DNA of 64,000 nucleotides from Patescibacteria group bacterium (GCA_041649155.1 JBAZNP010000001.1:494564-558563); one strand, 5' to 3'; shown: positions 27,588 through 39,960, counted from the stretch's first letter. A program made the numbers and translations. The notes: a model not told the origin generated them from the letters alone.

Positions 27588-28520
27588 ATGGACGATGATA
27601 TAAAATTAAAAGAAGCCTCCTCTGATAAGGTTGCGGAGAATAAAAAAGAAGAGAAATCGGTTGAACCGGCGGCTTCTTCTATTGATCTAAAAACCGACGA
27701 CAAAGCAACTGCACCAGCCGAAAATAAACCAGAAAACGCCGCATCCGAAAAAGTCGAAGCAGGCGTCCCTGCTTCCGCTAAAAGTGGAATGCGGGAAAAG
27801 TCGGAAAAGCCTGTCCCTACCGTGAAAAGTGAAGGGGCGGTTATTGAATTTAAAAAAGTCTCAAAGACATATGGTAAGAATATTAAAGCTGTTGATAATA
27901 TCTCTTTTAAGATAGCACCAGGGGAATTTATTTCATTAGTGGGTCCTTCGGGAGCTGGTAAATCTACCCTTATTAAACTTTTGACTTGCGAAGAAACTCC
28001 AACGAGCGGACAGGTTCTAGTCTCCGAGAGAGATATCGCCAAACTAAAGAAGAAGGAATTACCATTTTATCGACGTAAAGTAGGTATAATTTTTCAGGAT
28101 TTCAAATTGTTGCCCAAAAAGACAGTTTATGAAAATGTGGCCTTTGCTTTGGAAGTGGCTGACTCAAAAAACAGTGAAATCGCGGATAGAGTACCAAAAA
28201 TTATTGAAATCGTTGGTTTGGGAAGTAGGACGAATGCGATGAGCGAAGAGCTTTCCGGCGGTGAGAAACAGAGAGTTTCTATCGCTAGAGCCTTGGTTCA
28301 TAAGCCAAAACTTTTAATTGCAGATGAGCCAACAGGGAACCTTGATCCCGTTACCACTTGGGAAATTATTGAGCTTCTGTTCAAAATCAACAATCAGGGA
28401 ACAATTGTTCTTCTGGCAACTCATGACAAGGAAGTTGTGGATGCGCTTCAGAGACGAGTAATTACCATGCGTGACGGTAAGATTATTTCAGATCAGGCAA
28501 AGGGGAAGTATATTCTTTAA
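27588..28520 (+). CDS. ftsE: cell division ATP-binding protein FtsE with roughly 85-aa low-complexity N-terminal extension
   Basis: Walker A GPSGAGKST, signature LSGGEKQR, Walker B LLIADEPT. Confidence 0.85.
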   Translation: MDDDIKLKEASSDKVAENKKEEKSVEPAASSIDLKTDDKATAPAENKPENAASEKVEAGVPASAKSGMREKSEKPVPTVKSEGAVIEFKKVSKTYGKNIKAVDNISFKIAPGEFISLVGPSGAGKSTLIKLLTCEETPTSGQVLVSERDIAKLKKKELPFYRRKVGIIFQDFKLLPKKTVYENVAFALEVADSKNSEIADRVPKIIEIVGLGSRTNAMSEELSGGEKQRVSIARALVHKPKLLIADEPTGNLDPVTTWEIIELLFKINNQGTIVLLATHDKEVVDALQRRVITMRDGKIISDQAKGKYIL

Positions 28521-28539
28521 TTGCAAAGCAATTAAAGAA

Positions 28540-28637
28540 TATGTCAAATTAAAAATTACAAATTACAAATAAAAATCCAAATGATCAAATTTCAATATAT
28601 TTGGCATTAGAAATTAGGAATTTAGGAATTATTAATA
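28540..28637 (+). repeat. AT-rich intergenic repeat (family of 2921-3000)
   Basis: aaattacaaattacaaataaaaatccaaat...ttggcattagaaattaggaatttagg. Confidence 0.55.
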
Positions 28638-29546
28638 ATGTTTCCACTAACTTTTTACAGAATAACTAAAATGTCGCTTGTTTCGTTTTGGCGTAATCGC
28701 TGGCTTTCTTTGGCTGCAACTTTGATTATGGTTCTGACTTTGATTACAATTTCATTTTTTGTAAGCATGATGCTGATTACAAACAGAACGACAGAGTCTT
28801 TGAAAGATAAAGTGGACATGTCTGTTTATTTTAACGATGACGCTTCAAAAGATCAGATTACAGCTATTCAAAATATTTTATTATCCCGCAGCGATATAAA
28901 AAGTGTTGATTATATTTCAAAAGAGAAGGCACTTGAGTCGTGGCGTAGTAGAAATAAAGATAATGAGGGAATTCGGGATTTGATTTCTGACACTGACAAT
29001 CCATTACCAAGGAGTCTTGAAATAAAAACTCAGGATCCCGAGGATTTGGAAAAAATCAACACCTTTTTAAGTTCTAAAGATTATCAATCCTTGATTAAAG
29101 AGATCAGTTACAAGAAAAACAAAGATTTGGTTGACCGTCTCGTTAAGATCACAAATTTTCTTAAAATTGCCGGTTGGTCAATGTCGTTATTGTTTGTGCT
29201 AATTTCCATATTGGTGATTTATAATACAATTCGATTAACAATTTTTGCACGTTCTGACGAAATTGAAATCATGAAACTTGTTGGCGCCTCCGATCTTTAT
29301 GTGCGGGGTCCATTTGTGTTTGAAGGAATGGCCTACGGTCTGATTGGTGCTATAATTTCATCAATTATATTTATATTTACTTTCAGGTTGACTGTCCCAG
29401 CAGCAGAAAATTATCTTGGTCTTTCAAACCTAAACTCCAATTATCTTGGCATTAGCTTAGCTTTAATAATTGGTTTGCAGTTTTTGGTGGGTTTGGCCTT
29501 GGGCATTTTCTGTTCTGTAATGGCGATTAAGAAACACCTAAAATGA
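28638..29546 (+). CDS. ftsX: cell division permease FtsX
   Basis: N-terminal TM, extracytoplasmic loop, three C-terminal TMs. Immediately follows ftsE. Confidence 0.8.
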   Translation: MFPLTFYRITKMSLVSFWRNRWLSLAATLIMVLTLITISFFVSMMLITNRTTESLKDKVDMSVYFNDDASKDQITAIQNILLSRSDIKSVDYISKEKALESWRSRNKDNEGIRDLISDTDNPLPRSLEIKTQDPEDLEKINTFLSSKDYQSLIKEISYKKNKDLVDRLVKITNFLKIAGWSMSLLFVLISILVIYNTIRLTIFARSDEIEIMKLVGASDLYVRGPFVFEGMAYGLIGAIISSIIFIFTFRLTVPAAENYLGLSNLNSNYLGISLALIIGLQFLVGLALGIFCSVMAIKKHLK

Positions 29547-29554
29547 CACGGAGT

Positions 29555-29659
29555 GTCATCTCGAGCAGAGTGTAACGGAGTCGAGTGATCTTTGAATAGT
29601 AATTCAATTAATTAGAAGATTCCTCCACCCTTGGACAAAGCCAAGGAGTCGGAATGACA
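29555..29659 (-). repeat. palindromic element family 1, copy D
   Basis: GTCATCTCGAGCAGAG...GAGTCGGAATGACAT. Confidence 0.75.
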
Positions 29660-29669
29660 TCTAAAAATA

Positions 29670-30866
29670 ATGAAAAATATAAAATTACAAATATTTGGAT
29701 CCAAAATAATTGCATTAATACTATGCTTTGCTTTTGTGCTGATACCTACAAATGTATTTGCTTTAACAAAGGCTCAACTGCAAGCACAAAGTGATTATTA
29801 TGCCGCTCAAGCTAAAGCTGCAGCCGCAGCTGCAGCTCAAAAACAAAAAGAAGCTGATGATGCTAAACGTCAGATGAATACTATCTCTGCAGATATTAAT
29901 TCAACGCAGCAAGATCTTAATTCGACCAAAGATGCAATGAGCAGTACTCAAGACAAGATTGATGAGCTGAGTGAAAAAATTAAGACGGAAGAGGATAATT
30001 TAACGCGTGAAAAAGCCAAAATGAATAATATTTTAGCTTCATGGTATATGGAAGGAGAAGATGGTCTGCTTGAAGCGATGATCGGGGCAAATAATTTATC
30101 GGAAATTGTTGATAAGCAGGAATACTATGACTCGATAAAGCAGCAAATTCAAACTGGTATGGATAAAATTGACGCCTTAAAAAAAGAATTAGATGCTCAG
30201 AAAAATCAACAAAATGAACAGTTGCAAGGTTTATCGATTTTGGAAGCAGACCAAGAAGAACAAAAGAAGACGCTTCAAAATCAGCAAGTTATGAAACAGC
30301 GTCTTTTAACTGATACCACTAATGCGGTTAAAGAGCTAAATGCACAAGAGCAAGAAGCGCTGAAAAAAGAAAAGGAAGCACAAGGGGAAATTCAGCGAAT
30401 GGAACAGATCGCTCAAGGTGGAAGTAATTGGGTTAGATCTGGAAGCAGTGCCTTTGGATTCATGTGGCCAGTCCCAGGAGCCTCAAAAGGGTGTGGTTTT
30501 GGATTTAGCAGTTGTTATTTTACGGGTGTTTTTCACACGGGAATTGATTTAAAACGATACTTAGGTGCTCCAGTTGTTGCTTCTAAGGCAGGAAGAGTTA
30601 TTGTAGTGAAAGACGGAATAGGCAATACGTATCCTTCGTCAAAAAGTTATGGAAATTATGTTCAAATAGAACATGAGGGCGGGGTCACTACGCTTTATGG
30701 CCATCTAAAAAGTGGTTCTCTCAGAGTCAGAGTTGGTGATAATGTTCAGCAAGGACAAGAAATTGGGGCGATGGGGAACACTGGATTTTCAACTGGTACA
30801 CACACACACTTTGAAATGAGAGATCCTTACGGAGTTGCAGTAGATCCGGCTCCATCTCTTCCATAG
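29670..30866 (+). CDS. M23 peptidase with N-terminal coiled coil (EnvC-like)
   Basis: Signal/TM, long Q/E/K coiled coil, M23 motifs HTGIDL and GYGNYVQIEH..G..TLYGHL. Confidence 0.8.
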   Translation: MKNIKLQIFGSKIIALILCFAFVLIPTNVFALTKAQLQAQSDYYAAQAKAAAAAAAQKQKEADDAKRQMNTISADINSTQQDLNSTKDAMSSTQDKIDELSEKIKTEEDNLTREKAKMNNILASWYMEGEDGLLEAMIGANNLSEIVDKQEYYDSIKQQIQTGMDKIDALKKELDAQKNQQNEQLQGLSILEADQEEQKKTLQNQQVMKQRLLTDTTNAVKELNAQEQEALKKEKEAQGEIQRMEQIAQGGSNWVRSGSSAFGFMWPVPGASKGCGFGFSSCYFTGVFHTGIDLKRYLGAPVVASKAGRVIVVKDGIGNTYPSSKSYGNYVQIEHEGGVTTLYGHLKSGSLRVRVGDNVQQGQEIGAMGNTGFSTGTHTHFEMRDPYGVAVDPAPSLP

Positions 30867-30964
30867 ATATTTTGAACTCCAAACTAAATAATAAGATTAT
30901 TTGTTCATTTCTGATGTCTGCTTGGTTGTTTTAATAGCCAATAACTTTATGATATTATGGACAC

Positions 30965-32194
30965 ATGGAAAAAAATCAAGAAAATGTGAAAAACACTAAA
31001 CAATTAAGAGCAAAAAGATTATTCTTTTTCGTTTTAATTCTTTTGGGTTTGTATATAATTTTTACGGTCGGATATTCTTTGGGGCAAAAAGGTGTTCCAA
31101 TTATTGCACCAAAAAGTCTTGTTAACTCTGACTCAACCCAACCGAAAGATGTGGATTTTTCTTTGTTCTGGGAGGCTTGGAATAAGTTAAAGGATCGATC
31201 GGACCAAAGCTTGGATTCTAACAAACTCGAAGAAGGGGCAATTTCAGGTATGCTTTCTTCGCTTGGCGATCCTTACACGGTTTACATGTCAAAAAACGAT
31301 AACCAACGTTTTCGGGAAGATATTCAAGGAGAATTTTCTGGTATTGGAATAGAGATTATTCAAAAAGACAATATGCCAACTGTAGTTGCTCCGTTATCGG
31401 GCTCTCCTGCGGAAAAAGCCGGATTGAAAGCAGGGGACATTATTTTGGAAGTCGATGGTCAGGATACAACAAAAATCGGGTTTGATGAAGTTATAAATAA
31501 AATCAGGGGCGAAGAAGGGTCAACAGTTAAGCTTTCAATTGCAAGAGAGGGAGCAAGTGACAAACAAACTTTTGAAGTGACACGCTCAAAAATTACAGTT
31601 AAAAGTGTTGAATGGGACTATAAAAATGAATCGGGAAAGAAAATATTATATGTAAAATTGAAGCAGTTCGGGGATGATACTGACGGGTTATTCAGCCAAA
31701 TGGCGAAAGAAGCTGTGAAGAATAAACCTGATGGAATAATATTGGATTTGAGAAATAATCCTGGTGGATACTTGGACACAGCCGTCAACGTTGCAAGTTA
31801 CTTTATTGAGGACGGTATTGTTGTTTCTGAAAAAGGAAAAACATCCAAAGACTATAAGGCTAAAGGCGGCGCGACATTAAAAGATTTCAATGTTACAGTT
31901 TTGGTTAATGGAGGTTCTGCTTCTGCTTCAGAAATAGTAACTGGCGCACTTAGAGACAGAAAAGGAAGTAAGATAATCGGCGAAAAAACATTTGGTAAAG
32001 GTAGCGTTCAGGAGCTTGTTGATTTGTCTAATGGATCAGCAGTAAAAATTACTGTTGCCAAGTGGTATACACCGAATGGTAGCCAGATAAATGGAGAGGG
32101 AATTAAGCCAAATATTGAAATTATTAAAGACGAAAACTTAAAAGATGATAATCAGCTAAATAGGGCGATAGAATTTCTAGTAAAAGGACAATAA
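30965..32194 (+). CDS. ctpA: carboxy-terminal processing protease (S41, PDZ domain)
   Basis: PDZ (GIGIEI...GSPAEKAGLKAGDIIL) and S41 catalytic region (SASASE, TFGKGSVQ). Confidence 0.85.
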   Translation: MEKNQENVKNTKQLRAKRLFFFVLILLGLYIIFTVGYSLGQKGVPIIAPKSLVNSDSTQPKDVDFSLFWEAWNKLKDRSDQSLDSNKLEEGAISGMLSSLGDPYTVYMSKNDNQRFREDIQGEFSGIGIEIIQKDNMPTVVAPLSGSPAEKAGLKAGDIILEVDGQDTTKIGFDEVINKIRGEEGSTVKLSIAREGASDKQTFEVTRSKITVKSVEWDYKNESGKKILYVKLKQFGDDTDGLFSQMAKEAVKNKPDGIILDLRNNPGGYLDTAVNVASYFIEDGIVVSEKGKTSKDYKAKGGATLKDFNVTVLVNGGSASASEIVTGALRDRKGSKIIGEKTFGKGSVQELVDLSNGSAVKITVAKWYTPNGSQINGEGIKPNIEIIKDENLKDDNQLNRAIEFLVKGQ

Positions 32195-32238
32195 GTTTCT
32201 GTTATAATATAGATAGCTTTTTGTGATAAAGGAGGGAC

Positions 32239-34428
32239 TTGGCGATTGATCCAAACAATCAAATTGGTGGTGTGCAAAATTCTACCGATCAAAACACTCC
32301 TGTTTCAGGTAGCCCATGGGAGGAGGAACTTGATTTACCCGAAACTCCATCCAAGAAAGAACCTGCTATTTTAGGTTCGCTTGATCCTAGCAACAATACT
32401 GACACTGAACAGCCAGTTCCTTTTAACGTACCGCAAAATATCGAAGAAAAAGTCGGTCAAAAAGTTCCGGCCGAAAATTATATTGTTCCAAAAGAACCTG
32501 CGATTGTGGGTGAACCAATGTCTATCGCTAAGCCTGCAGTGCCAGCTAATGAAAATATTCCAGTGTCTGAACCATTGGAGAATATGGCGAAAATTGAGAC
32601 TGTATCGCCAACGCAACCCGATTTTTTTGCTGGTAATGTAAGTCAGTCTTTATCCGAAGCACCTTCAGCATCTTTGTCTGATCAAATAAGCAACGGCGGC
32701 GGTCCTTCTAATCCCCCTGTTCCCCCAAAGCCTAAAAAAAATATTTTCAATGTATTTAGCAAATTTTCAAGAAAGAAGACGCCTGTTACAGAAAAGAGTG
32801 ATCCTGTCTTGTCCGCAAAAGAAATAGCTCCAGCGTTTCCTCCTTCTCCCTTTGAAAATAAAGGTCTTTTACCAGAAAAACAGAAATCAGAGGTTGTATC
32901 GACAAAAGATCTTACTCCGGCAAAGAGATTTAATTTCTTTAAAAACAGTCGCCGATTGGTTCCGGTTTTCGGCGTTCTGGTATTTTTCGTGTTTTTAATT
33001 GGGCTAACGGAATTGGGATTGTTGTCGCTGGGAGTGGAAAAAATTTATGGGGCTGTTGGTTTAGAAAAAATATGGGGTGGCTTGTCTGCTAATCCGGAAC
33101 AGGCCTTTTTGAAATCAGCACTGGAAATGCAAAAACACCCAAATTTCAAAATTAGCGGTAATATTACAATGTCTGTTGATAGCTCGATCGATTCACCAAT
33201 AACATCTCCTTTGTTGTCGGCAGCAGTTCAAAAAAATACTTTCGCGAAAAAAGATCAGAATGTTTCAAGGTCAACCAAGGCGATAAAAACAGCAACCGAT
33301 AGTACTGATGACATCTACGACATGTATGATCAAAGTACATCAACTGATTCAAGCACGGACAGCACGGTTGATACAAGCGAGGCAGATAGCTCAGAAAGTA
33401 GCTCATCAACAGCTGATACTAGTTCGTCGGACAGTTCTTCTTCTGCCGATAATAGCTCTTCCTCTGACACGACGGCTACATCCAGTAGTTCTGATTTTAC
33501 TGATGAGACCGATACTATTCAGGAGATTTCAGCTTCTTTTCAAACAAAGTCTAACGTTGATAGTCTTGAGACAAACGTAAGTGTGAATGGCGCATCAGAA
33601 ACATCAGAAGTTGATTTGCTTTTGAATAATGACAACCTCTTGGTTAAGAGCAGCGCCTTTAAATTTAGTAATAACGATGAAACCGATAAATGGTTATCTT
33701 ATTCTATCGCTAGTCTTAAAGAAAAGTCTTTGCAAAATAGCTTTTTTTCAATCAATTCAGACTCCGGTGTTTCAGTAATCGGAGAAAGAAGCTCCAATGA
33801 AAAAATTGGAGGAGTTAGATGTTATAAGTATGCGATCAGTAGCATTGAGATTGGAAGCGCTTTGTCATCAATTGGGATTACGTCTGATATGGTTCAAGGC
33901 ATATCGGGCGATATATGGATTGGTGTAAATGATAAATTAATCAGAAAAGCAGACTTAAAATTCATAACACCTGTTTCTTCTTCCGTGTCGTCATTTACCA
34001 TAACTTTGGAATTTTCCGACTTTGATGTTGAAAACAAGATAAGTCTACCGGATGATTCTGAGATAAAAGTTGTTTCGGAAAGTGCTTCAAATGACCAATC
34101 AGTTGTGACAACTACCAGTAAAGATCAGCAGAGAAAAAGCGATGTGGCTAAATTGTTGGATGCTTTAAAAGAATATAAAAAAGACCATAATAGCTATCCA
34201 ACATCAAATAGCCTATTGAAATTAAATACAACAGATAATATGATTAAAAAAGCGTTGGTGCCGGAATACATTTCGGAATGGCCTGCGGATCCGGTTGATG
34301 GATGGTATTATGCTTACAAGTCTGACGGTAAAAAGTGTTCAATCAGCGCTCGTCTTGAAAACCCAAGTGATTCCGAGGGGCAGATAATAGGTGGCGTGTT
34401 CCTGTACCTTAAGTACAACAACGAATAA
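32239..34428 (+). CDS. large hypothetical surface protein (P-rich N-region, TM, S/T/D-rich linker, pseudopilin-like C-terminal domain)
   Basis: 729 aa. TM LVPVFGVLVFFVFLIGL. Low-complexity STDSSTDS... region. C-terminus WPADPVDGWYYAYKSDGKKCSISARLENP resembles the GspG/type IV pilin C-terminal fold. TTG start inferred. Confidence 0.5.
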   Translation: MAIDPNNQIGGVQNSTDQNTPVSGSPWEEELDLPETPSKKEPAILGSLDPSNNTDTEQPVPFNVPQNIEEKVGQKVPAENYIVPKEPAIVGEPMSIAKPAVPANENIPVSEPLENMAKIETVSPTQPDFFAGNVSQSLSEAPSASLSDQISNGGGPSNPPVPPKPKKNIFNVFSKFSRKKTPVTEKSDPVLSAKEIAPAFPPSPFENKGLLPEKQKSEVVSTKDLTPAKRFNFFKNSRRLVPVFGVLVFFVFLIGLTELGLLSLGVEKIYGAVGLEKIWGGLSANPEQAFLKSALEMQKHPNFKISGNITMSVDSSIDSPITSPLLSAAVQKNTFAKKDQNVSRSTKAIKTATDSTDDIYDMYDQSTSTDSSTDSTVDTSEADSSESSSSTADTSSSDSSSSADNSSSSDTTATSSSSDFTDETDTIQEISASFQTKSNVDSLETNVSVNGASETSEVDLLLNNDNLLVKSSAFKFSNNDETDKWLSYSIASLKEKSLQNSFFSINSDSGVSVIGERSSNEKIGGVRCYKYAISSIEIGSALSSIGITSDMVQGISGDIWIGVNDKLIRKADLKFITPVSSSVSSFTITLEFSDFDVENKISLPDDSEIKVVSESASNDQSVVTTTSKDQQRKSDVAKLLDALKEYKKDHNSYPTSNSLLKLNTTDNMIKKALVPEYISEWPADPVDGWYYAYKSDGKKCSISARLENPSDSEGQIIGGVFLYLKYNNE

Positions 34429-34491
34429 ATAAGGAAAACCCCAGTTAAATAATTTCTCTTTGGTTAATATTTAACGGGGTAAAGGAGAATT

Positions 34492-35049
34492 ATGACAATA
34501 GTTTGGATTTTAGTGGGAATTATCGTGGTCTTGGTCTTGGTTGTGGTTTCGATGTATAATCGATTGGTTCAACTTAACATTAGAAGCGATGAAGCTTGGA
34601 GCGATATTGACGTTCAATTGAAACGAAGGTATGATTTAATCCCTAACCTAGTTGAAACAGTAAAGGGATATGCAAAACACGAAAAAGGTGTTTTTGAGGA
34701 AGTAACAAAAGCACGATCGGAAGCTTTGAGCGCTAAAGGGATTAAGTCAAAATCTGAGGCAGAAAACAAAATTTCTGAGGCTTTAAAGTCAATATTCGCT
34801 GTTGCGGAGGCCTATCCAGATCTCAAAGCTAGCCAAAATTTTAGCCAGTTACAAGACGAGTTAACTGATACAGAAGATAAAATTCAGGCTGCTAGAAGGT
34901 TCTACAACGCGAATGTTAGGGACTTAAATATTGCAGTTCAAAGTTTCCCAACCAACATTATTGCCAACATGTTTAGCTATAAAAAGAGAGAGCTATTCGG
35001 TTTGGAAGAAGCTGCAGCAAAAGAGCCGGTTAAAGTGAAATTCGAGTGA
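34492..35049 (+). CDS. lemA: LemA family protein
   Basis: N-terminal TM then YNRLVQL...EAWSDIDVQLKRRYDLIPNLV. Confidence 0.85.
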   Translation: MTIVWILVGIIVVLVLVVVSMYNRLVQLNIRSDEAWSDIDVQLKRRYDLIPNLVETVKGYAKHEKGVFEEVTKARSEALSAKGIKSKSEAENKISEALKSIFAVAEAYPDLKASQNFSQLQDELTDTEDKIQAARRFYNANVRDLNIAVQSFPTNIIANMFSYKKRELFGLEEAAAKEPVKVKFE

Positions 35050-35057
35050 AATTAGAA

Positions 35058-35211
35058 TTTCATCCTGAGCGAAGTCGAAGGATTTGTTCCTAATTCGACG
35101 ATAAATAATTAATACTGCCCCCTACGGTTTATCATCCCCGTGAAGACGGGGATCCAAGATAGTTTCAACTATTAGTAGATTCCCGCCTTCGCGGGAATGA
35201 CATAAAAAAAG
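35058..35211 (+). repeat. composite palindromic repeat cluster (family 1-related units)
   Basis: CATCCTGAGCGAAGTCGAAGGAT, ATCCCCGTGAAGACGGGGATCC, TCCCGCCTTCGCGGGAATGACAT. Confidence 0.65.
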
Positions 35212-35621
35212 TGGGAATGGCAGTGAATAATATTGCTAATAAAAGAAAAGGATTAAATATGAAAAAAATAAATTTTGGTAAAATCAAGCCAAATTTAAAT
35301 CTCAAAAAGATTAACTGGCCTAGCATAAAAGATTTAAGGAAAGATGCATTACTTGCCGTGCTATCTTATTTGCATGTTTTGGTCTTAATTCCTCTTATTT
35401 TTGGCAAAAAAGATGAGTTTGTGCATTATCATGCAAAACAAGGGTTCTTTCTTTTGATCATCTGGATTTTGGCAGGCTTTGCTTTTTACCTGCCTTACCT
35501 ACCATGGATATTTCTGATTGTATTATTTGTAGACATTCTGTTTGGCGTTCTTCATGTTATTTTTGGAAAAACCAGACCAATGCCTCTTTTCGGCAAGTTG
35601 GCCGAAAAAATAAACATTTAA
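35211..35621 (+). CDS. hypothetical membrane protein (DUF4870-like)
   Basis: Two hydrophobic helices, YHAKQGFFL motif. Alternative start MKKINFGK at 35259. Confidence 0.45.
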   Translation: MGMAVNNIANKRKGLNMKKINFGKIKPNLNLKKINWPSIKDLRKDALLAVLSYLHVLVLIPLIFGKKDEFVHYHAKQGFFLLIIWILAGFAFYLPYLPWIFLIVLFVDILFGVLHVIFGKTRPMPLFGKLAEKINI

Positions 35622-35627
35622 ATAAGA

Positions 35628-36524
35628 ATGACTTTTTACGATCAAATAGAATCAAATAAAAGAAAGTCGGTATTTTTTCTGACTCTCTTTTTGGTTTTTG
35701 TAATACTTTTGGGTTGGCTTTTTTCCCGTGTTTTCAATTCACCCATAATTTTATGGGTTGCAGTTGCTATAAGTGTTATTCAGGCTTTGGTCAGTTACTA
35801 TTCCGGTGACAAAATTGCTCTCTCGATTTCGGGCGCCAGAGAGATTGAAAAGAAAGACAACCCTCGTTTGTGGAATGCTGTTGAAAATTTGTGTATTACG
35901 GCTGGTATTCCGATGCCTAAGGTTCATATTATCAATGATCCCGCTCCAAATGCTTTTGCTACGGGAAGAGACCCTAAGCATGCTTCGATAGCTGTTACGA
36001 GCGGTCTTTTAGACACTATGTCTGATTCGGAATTAGCCGGTGTTTTAGCTCATGAAATCTCTCATATCAATAACTATGACATTCGTCTCATGACCATCAT
36101 TGTTGTTTTGGTCGGAGTCGTGACATTATTATCAGACTTTTTTTTGAGGTCAAGAATATTTGGTTTTGGCAGACGGGATAACAACAATGATGGCGGGCAA
36201 ATCCAACTAATATTATTAGTTGTGGCAATTGTCGCCTCAATATTAGCTCCTATTGCTGCAACGTTAATTCAACTTTCGATTTCGCGTAAGAGGGAATTCC
36301 TAGCTGACTCTTCCGGAGTTTCTTTGACTCGTTATCCTGAAGGTCTGGCCTCAGCATTGGAAAAAATTTCACAGTATAAGGCGCCAATGAAGAATGCCAG
36401 CGGAGCTATGGCTCACATGTATATTTCAAATCCTCTCGGTAAAAAACAATCTTATTTATCTAAAATATTTTCGACTCATCCTCCAATAGAGGAGAGAGTT
36501 CTTGCACTAAAGAAAATGAGCTAA
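35628..36524 (+). CDS. htpX: M48 zinc metalloprotease HtpX
   Basis: HEISHINNYD (HExxH), four TMs. The lemA-htpX neighbourhood is conserved. Confidence 0.85.
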   Translation: MTFYDQIESNKRKSVFFLTLFLVFVILLGWLFSRVFNSPIILWVAVAISVIQALVSYYSGDKIALSISGAREIEKKDNPRLWNAVENLCITAGIPMPKVHIINDPAPNAFATGRDPKHASIAVTSGLLDTMSDSELAGVLAHEISHINNYDIRLMTIIVVLVGVVTLLSDFFLRSRIFGFGRRDNNNDGGQIQLILLVVAIVASILAPIAATLIQLSISRKREFLADSSGVSLTRYPEGLASALEKISQYKAPMKNASGAMAHMYISNPLGKKQSYLSKIFSTHPPIEERVLALKKMS

Positions 36525-36527
36525 AAA

Positions 36528-36560
36528 AGAAAAGGACGTACGCCGCTTGGCACGTCCTTT
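36528..36560. terminator. hairpin terminator between convergent htpX and sigma-factor genes
   Basis: AAAGGACGT-acgccgcttggc-ACGTCCTTT with flanking A/T runs. Confidence 0.55.
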
Positions 36561-36709
36561 GGTCTGAGAAACTTCCGCTTCTGTTTTTTGATCCGATTTT
36601 TCGCTTGTCGGATCATAGAAAAACAAGTTTATAGTATCATATTTACAAAATTATTCAATATCATATTAACAAAACATTATTATTTTCTCATTAAGTATCT
36701 TTTCTGCGA

Positions 36710-36760
36710 TAAAAAAATCGCTGCATGCGGTGTTGCTTAAGCAACTGTGCATGCAGCGAT
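36710..36760 (-). terminator. rho-independent terminator of sigma-factor gene
   Basis: Nested palindrome ATCGCTGCATGC-GGTGTTGCTTAAGCAACTGT-GCATGCAGCGAT followed on the minus strand by TTTTTTT. Confidence 0.85.
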
Positions 36761-36790
36761 GTGGAGCAGAGATATTTCTGCATTGTCCAA

Positions 36791-37684
36791 TCAAAACTCA
36801 AAATATGTTTCGAGTCGACTGGCGGTAACGGCGCATCGGAGCTTCTTTTTGGCTCTTATCTCCAGCTGTCTTATGCGTTCACGTGTTACTTTGAATTCTT
36901 CCCCGACTTCTTCCAGTGTAGAGGTCATTTCGTCTTTTAGCCCGAATCGTTTTTCGATAATCAGTTTTTCTTGGGGACTAAGCCACAACATCAGTTCATT
37001 GAGGACTTTTGTGTCTTCGCATTTGAACATTTCTGTCATAGGGTCTACTGACCTTGGATCTATGAGTCGTTCTTGAAGCGACCTGTTATTGTCGTCTTCA
37101 ACTCGTTCGTCCAGCGAAACGAGTGCCTCTGACGCCTTGATCAAACGCAGTACCTTCTCTCCTGACAAATGAGTTAACTTGCATAGTTCCTCCATAGTTG
37201 GTTTCTTTCCATGCTCATCGGCAAAGGAGGATTCTATTTCGTGAAGTTTTCTGATGGATTGAATCACATAGCTTGGCAACCTGATAGCGCGTTCCTGACG
37301 TTCGATTGCCCTTGTGACAGCTTGTCGAATCCAGTTAGTTGCATAGGTCGAGAACCTGAATCCTTTGTTTGGATTAAAGCTCTCAACTGCTTTGAAAAGA
37401 CCAATATTGCCTTCCTGAATCAGATCAGGCAATGGCACTCCGGATCGTGAGTAAACTTTGGCCACGCTCACCACGAGCTTTAGGTTTGACTCGATTAACT
37501 TGTTCCTTGCTGTTTCGTTTCCCGACTGGGCTTTTCTTGCCAGATCACGTTCTTCTTCAACCCCTAAGAGGGGCCATCGGCCGATCTGAGCAAGATACAT
37601 ATCCATCGAATCACCTACACCTGAAACTCCCGGCATTTCCTCTTCTGTTTCTGGTTCTGGCAACTCAAGTAAACAACTATCCAT
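36791..37684 (-). CDS. RNA polymerase sigma-70 family factor (RpoD/SigA-like, compact)
   Basis: Region 2 (YLAQIGRWPLL, TYATNWIRQAVTRAI), region 3, region 4 (TLEEVGEEFKVTRERIRQLE). Start at 37684 has RBS GGAGGG; ORF open to 37717. Confidence 0.85.
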   Translation of the reverse strand: MDSCLLELPEPETEEEMPGVSGVGDSMDMYLAQIGRWPLLGVEEERDLARKAQSGNETARNKLIESNLKLVVSVAKVYSRSGVPLPDLIQEGNIGLFKAVESFNPNKGFRFSTYATNWIRQAVTRAIERQERAIRLPSYVIQSIRKLHEIESSFADEHGKKPTMEELCKLTHLSGEKVLRLIKASEALVSLDERVEDDNNRSLQERLIDPRSVDPMTEMFKCEDTKVLNELMLWLSPQEKLIIEKRFGLKDEMTSTLEEVGEEFKVTRERIRQLEIRAKKKLRCAVTASRLETYFEF

Positions 37685-37853
37685 TATTGCTAACCCTCCT
37701 CTTGGATGCATTTTCATACTTGTTTCTTCTATCAGATATGTGTCCGGTGATCATATTTATACACTTTTGTCATTAATTTGTCAATATTTAAAAATTTGCT
37801 ACTAGCCTAATTTTTTTCTTAATCTATTGAATTTGAAAGGTGAGCAAGGGTAG

Positions 37854-39893
<2,040 letters not shown>

Positions 39894-39898
39894 GTTTG

Positions 39899-39960
39899 TT
39901 CTTACGATTTTGGACGATCGGGGGATAATCGTAAGAATGGTTTGGCATTTTTGTTTTTTA
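39899..39960 (+). terminator. putative terminator after ligA
   Basis: Hairpin TTCTTACGATT...AATCGTAAGAA followed by a T-rich tract. Confidence 0.5.

Noticed and set aside
27533-28042. 169-aa minus-strand ORF opposite ftsE
   Set aside because: Antisense to the ABC ATPase with canonical motifs.
32371-33580. ORFs 32371..32616 -, 32381..32641 +, 33164..33409 -, 33308..33580 + within the large surface-protein gene
   Set aside because: Alternative frames of low-complexity coding sequence. No independent support.
36725-37076. Plus-strand ORFs 36725..36940 and 36747..37076 near or over the sigma-factor gene
   Set aside because: They begin inside the sigma-gene terminator hairpin and run antisense to the well-supported sigma-70 gene.
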